Positions 59,901 to 64,000 of a DNA stretch of 64,000 nt are shown here, piece by piece. Source of the DNA: Bugula neritina. Lineage: Eukaryota > Animalia > Bryozoa. Every line of letters begins with the position of its first letter. The stretch's first letter is position 1. Below the pieces are notes generated by a model. That model saw only the letters and a list, made by a program, of their open reading frames with translations. It ran no database searches and was not told where the DNA came from. The translations under genes were made by a program, and so were the position numbers. The DNA lies in the NCBI GenBank assembly GCA_964035545.1, contig OZ037772.1, positions 8,112,950 to 8,176,949 on the forward strand, written 5' to 3'.

Positions 59901-62900
59901 CACACTGTAGGTATGACATCACACAGTAGCATTGACATCACACTCTAGCTATGACATCACACCGTAACTATGACATCACACTGTAATTATGACATCACAC
60001 TCTAGCTGTGACATCACACTGTAACTATGACATCACACTGTAACTATGACATCACACTGTATCTATGACATCATACTGCAATTATGACATTACACTGTAA
60101 TTATGACATTACACTGTAGCTATGACATCACAGTGTAACTATGACATCACACTGTATCTATGGCCTTACAATGTAGCTATGACGTCACACTATAGCTATG
60201 ACATCACACTGTAACTATGATATCACACTGTATCTATGGCCTTACAATGTAGCTATGACGTCACACTATAGCTATGACATCACACTGTAACTATGATATC
60301 ACACTGTAGCTATGACATCACACCGTAGCTATGACATTACACATTATATTCTACATGTTACTGTATATTCTTCAGGTTACTGTATATTCTACAGGTGAGT
60401 GTGAGTTTGGTCAGGTATGTGTAGCGGGAAAATGTCTGATTTCCTGTTCTGCGGAGAATCCGTCAGTCTGCACTTCCGACCAGAAATGTGACCTCATGTC
60501 CAGCGTTTGTAGAAGGTAAGTGACTTATGTTTGTAGAAGGTAAGTGACTTAATTTTCTAGCAGGCAGCTTTTGTATTTTCTCTTGAAAAACTTAAAGAAT
60601 AAAAGAAGTGGCCATGTAACGCTTATAATATTTTCAAATGACTACTACTTATATGCTTGATTAAAGAACAGTTTAAGAATTTTGAGAGGTTTCCTAGAAA
60701 TTTTTCAAAATTTTAAAACACATTTAACTAAGCTATTGAAATCAGTTGTTTGTAAAACACAATATTAAATTAGTATTTTGGCTACTTATTATTTGGCTTT
60801 CACCAATTTCAGAGTTTAAACATGTGTTAAACTTAATAAAATGTTTCCAGTAAAACTTTTCATTATTCAGCTATTCTTGTATCAGCATTTAAATAGTAGA
60901 CAACTCTCACTGTATTAAAGCTACTGATTAATTATCAACACACAAATGATGATTTGCCCTTTTCTTTTGATTTCATTATAGCTGAATGTTTTTAAAATTT
61001 TGTCCTTTTATGTTAAAGTGTTGATGTGTGTAGATTGGTTTTTAAAGCTCTGTAAATATATAAGGTGTCAGCTGTAATTGTTAGCATCATGATGCCCTTG
61101 TGCTTGCTTTACTGTAACAAAAAGCTATTTAAAATGCAATAGTTGTAAAAACATGAAAATATAGATTGCTCTGTTGGCTTACTGGAAGAGTTTAGTAATA
61201 GTGTACTCAGGTCTTAGGCAGTTGACTAACTAGTAACATATTTCTCACTTAGCTCCATTACTGTTTTATAGCCTATTGATTTGCGTATTAACTATTTACC
61301 TACGAAATGAACCCTTGGATTCAGCTTAGTGCAGGTAAATATAGACTACAAATTTACCTGCAGAACATGTACTGAAGACGCTGAATGTGCCGACACTAAA
61401 GAAGATGTAGGATTTTGTGATTCCGGGATGTGTGTGGCCGTCTGTAGTAACGGTTAGTTTGAACTATTGACAGAGCTATTAGTTATTATCTCACCCTGGT
61501 TAAATCTTCCTAGGCTTCACCCACAATATTTAGACCCTAAAAATCTGCAAACAAAATAAGAATATTTTGAAATATTGGTTTGTAAATGCATTGCTGGATA
61601 TAATAAAGTTGTAAAGATGTTGAAAGGTTGAAATATAAAACTATTATAATTGTGTGAGCAACTTAGTGACTGGTGCTTCCTTCATAAGTCATTCTATTTT
61701 AAGACATAGACTAATTTTTTTTATAACTATGTACTATTTTTTAAATTAGAATACAATAGATGGCCTGTGTACATACACTGATTATATATTACTCTGCATT
61801 TTATGCTGCATTTTGTTCATTAAATGTTTCATTTGTAGACATATTTGTATATAAATCTATTTCTATTCATGCCCTATTCTATAAACTAGACTACAATAGA
61901 TGGCTTTTGTACACAAATTCTACATAATATTCTATAACTTTGTATCGAGATTTATAGAAACTCTAGAGGCTGACTCTGTATACTACTTTCAGACACTGAT
62001 TGCACGGCAGCTCAGAAATGCAATGAAGTTGGTGTCTGCCAGAGCCTCTGCCACACGGAGAAAGACTGTGGGCCCTCTGACTACTGCATTGCGGGGCTGT
62101 GCTCCACCCGCTGTACCAGGAACTCTGATTGTGTGGGTTCTCTCAACTGCAAGCTCGGTATCTGCTCTCCTTCCTGTTCTGTGAGTCACTGTTTCAACTT
62201 GCAACTTTTCTTCTCCATTTCCTGTTTCTAATTATTTTTTATTTTTACTTTTTTATTTATAGTTATATATCTACATTAAAAATTATATCTGAATCTATAA
62301 ATTTATTTATAATTTAAATATATCCTTACAGACAATTAAATTAAAAATAATATTAAACATAAAACATTTTATTTGTTTATTACTTTATTTGTCAAAGTAA
62401 ACTGATACTTCAAACATTATTTTCAGAGTTATGCATTTATAATATAATATGTTGAGCAGTGTGTTGTGTTCGTAGCATTCACTAGGTGAAGCAATAAAAT
62501 GCATTGCACCACCTACTTGGAGAGATAACTCCAAAATACACAACCATAATTGTAGCGAAATTAGTGCTAGTTTGCTCAGCTAAGAAAAGCTTTCTACAGC
62601 GCAGCCAGTGCTAACTAAAAGACCTCTGGCACTTGGCAATAGTTGGTGCTAGTGGACTAGTTGTAATTTTAAGAGAGCAAAATAATCTTGACGATGTCAG
62701 TAGAAGTCAATCAGTGTCAAATGAGATCAACCAGTGTATGTTAGAATAAAATATAAGAAAGGACATCAGTGAAGAGTTATTGCTCAACTCACAGCCTAGT
62801 TCACTACAATAATGCAATATTCACTATTTACTTATTTATCTGCACATCCTGTTTTCATTCGTTGATTCTATGTTATAACTGATGTACCGTGTGGTAGACT

Positions 62901-63839
62901 CATACTGACTGTGAAAGGGATAACTCCAGATGCCACAATGGAAAGTGTGTTACAGTATGTGTGTCTGAACAAAGCAGTTTGTGTGGTGCTGCAGTGTGCG
63001 CCGAAGGTGAGGTTTACGATACTAGTTCACTCTGTTTGTTCTTATTTATTGTTACAGGTGTCTGCGCAGCTCTACGCGTTTATAATGGTGTCTGTCATTA
63101 TGCGGTGCTCCTTCTATATATCTCACAGTTCCAGTTTTCACGAAATTTCATAGGTCACTAGAATGGCTTGGGGACCCATTTTGTGGCCTATGTACATAGG
63201 GACAAAATGGCTGAATTTAACAGATCCGAGAGTTAAATCTGTTATATTCTAATATGTCACAAATTCTTACCTCTTATCTTCTTACCATACTCCAAGCTAG
63301 TGCAACTTAGTGAGATATGGAGGGGAGCACTGCATTTACTAATTATATGCGGTATTAGTTTGAAGTTAGGGTTGGGCTGTGCTGATTGGATTTATCTGAA
63401 ACGTCCAAACTGCTGTGTAGCCTAACTCTTTGGTATCATCTCTCTACATGATATCATGTGTTTTAGGTGTCTGCACAGCTCTGTGTGACTCTGATGACGT
63501 CTGCTTGGCTACCGAAGCTAAATGCCAACCTTCAGAAGGAGGCTGTTACATTGAGTGTAGGAAAGACACTTATTGCGTTGAGGGACAGTACTGTAAAGAC
63601 AGTAAATTCTGCGCCAGTCTCTACGGCAAACCCTGCACTGACTCAGTGAGTGTTCCGAGAGTTTGTAGTGCTGAGTTAGTTGGTTCAGTTTGGGTCTCTA
63701 GAATTTGCTGTGGTGGTTGGTTACACGTACTGATGTTTCTTACAGACTGAGTGTGGCGCTGACTTCTTATGTGGGGATGATGACAGCTGCAGACCTTTCT
63801 GGTTAGGAGGTCATCTGTGTGCCTCTGGCAGCGACTGTG
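50997..63839 (+). CDS. Large secreted cysteine-repeat protein (4-Cys CxxxxDCxxxxxCxxGxC repeats plus EB-like modules); continues past window end
   Basis: Candidate signal-peptide exon 50997-51048 (MMRLTILVATLLYTFHT|DAQC), then approximate exons 52856-53046, 53671-53844, 53937-54145, 54721-54939, 55308-55426, 55825-55981, 56493-56594, 56764-56918, 57568-57754, 58042-58124, 58515-58866, 59396-59534, 60394-60515, 61364-61452, 61993-62180, 62898-63006, 63467-63645, 63746-63839. All GT-AG with consistent phases and Cys-rich translation. Confidence 0.85.
51159..51539. mobile_element. MITE
   Basis: GTGCGAGAAATCCCATTTAG ... CTAATGGAATTTCTCGCAC inverted termini; CpG-rich interior. Confidence 0.6.
53219..53433 (-). 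mobile_element. tRNA-derived SINE with TSD
   Basis: Family body; TSD ATATCTACATTTA on both sides. Confidence 0.92.
54165..54480. repeat. Degenerate (TATTCTATAGTCTATACTGTATTCTCTA) minisatellite
   Basis: Direct inspection; resembles the 571-735 unit. Confidence 0.8.
54986..55232. repeat. (CT/CCCTCT)n polypyrimidine tract
   Basis: Direct inspection. Confidence 0.95.
55608..55825. repeat. 12-13-bp minisatellite (CACACAGTA(T/C)TA) running into an exon acceptor
   Basis: Includes duplicated CTCTCACAG|GT at ~55787 and 55824. Confidence 0.85.
56124..56331 (-). mobile_element. tRNA-derived SINE (diverged)
   Basis: Family tail and B-box present. Confidence 0.8.
56919..57470. repeat. ~30-bp minisatellite (GTAGCTAGGTGTAGTATTGTCAGTGCACA..) starting at a donor site
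   Basis: About 17 copies. Confidence 0.88.
59548..60345. repeat. 19-bp minisatellite (CTATGACATCACACTGTA(G/A))n filling an intron
   Basis: About 40 copies. Confidence 0.97.
63104..63332. mobile_element. MITE family with GTGCTCCC termini, copy 2
   Basis: Inverted homolog of 37485-37671. Confidence 0.75.
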
Positions 63840-63860
63840 GTGAGTTTATTGACATAGCTC

Positions 63861-64000
63861 TCTTCCCCCCTCCCCCCCCCTCTCTCTCTCTCTCTCTCCC
63901 CCTCTCTCTCCCTCTCTCTCCCCCTCTCTCCCCTCTTTCTCTCTTCCCTCTCTTTCTCTCCCCTCTTTCCCTCTCCCTTTCTCTCCCTCTCCCTTTCTCT
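63861..64000. repeat. (CT)-rich polypyrimidine tract
   Basis: Direct inspection. Confidence 0.95.

Noticed and set aside
59548-60345. Regular repeat arrays as possible CRISPR (also 15620-15935 and 47410-47712)
   Set aside because: Head-to-tail repeats without unique spacers, inside eukaryotic introns, with no cas genes.

Overview
AT-rich, gene-dense, intron-containing animal genomic DNA (invertebrate; species not determinable from sequence). Most ORFs in the six-frame track are exon fragments or repeat artefacts. Reading splice sites gives nine spliced protein-coding genes: the 3' end of ZER1 (+, with a GC-AG intron); a collagen-less, membrane-anchored 'short-chain collagen C4-like' domain protein (-); a divergent MAPEG/MGST1-like gene (+); SET/TAF-I (-) head-to-head with USP20/33 (+); two tail-to-tail PPT2 paralogs; TMCO1 (+); V-ATPase subunit G (+); and a large secreted cysteine-repeat protein that runs off the right end. 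Introns carry eight copies of a tRNA-derived SINE, several MITE/foldback elements and many minisatellites. Most notable: (1) tandem repeats that repeatedly copy splice junctions, stacking decoy acceptors and donors; (2) patchy gene conversion between the inverted PPT2 copies that covers the catalytic Ser/Asp exons but not the adjacent segments; (3) 11 in-register CCAATC boxes within the USP20/33 terminal coding exon; (4) a large GC3 jump between exons of SET; (5) a shared first-intron sequence signature that hints at an unannotated divergent transcript upstream of TMCO1. Counts were made by eye and no database searches were run.
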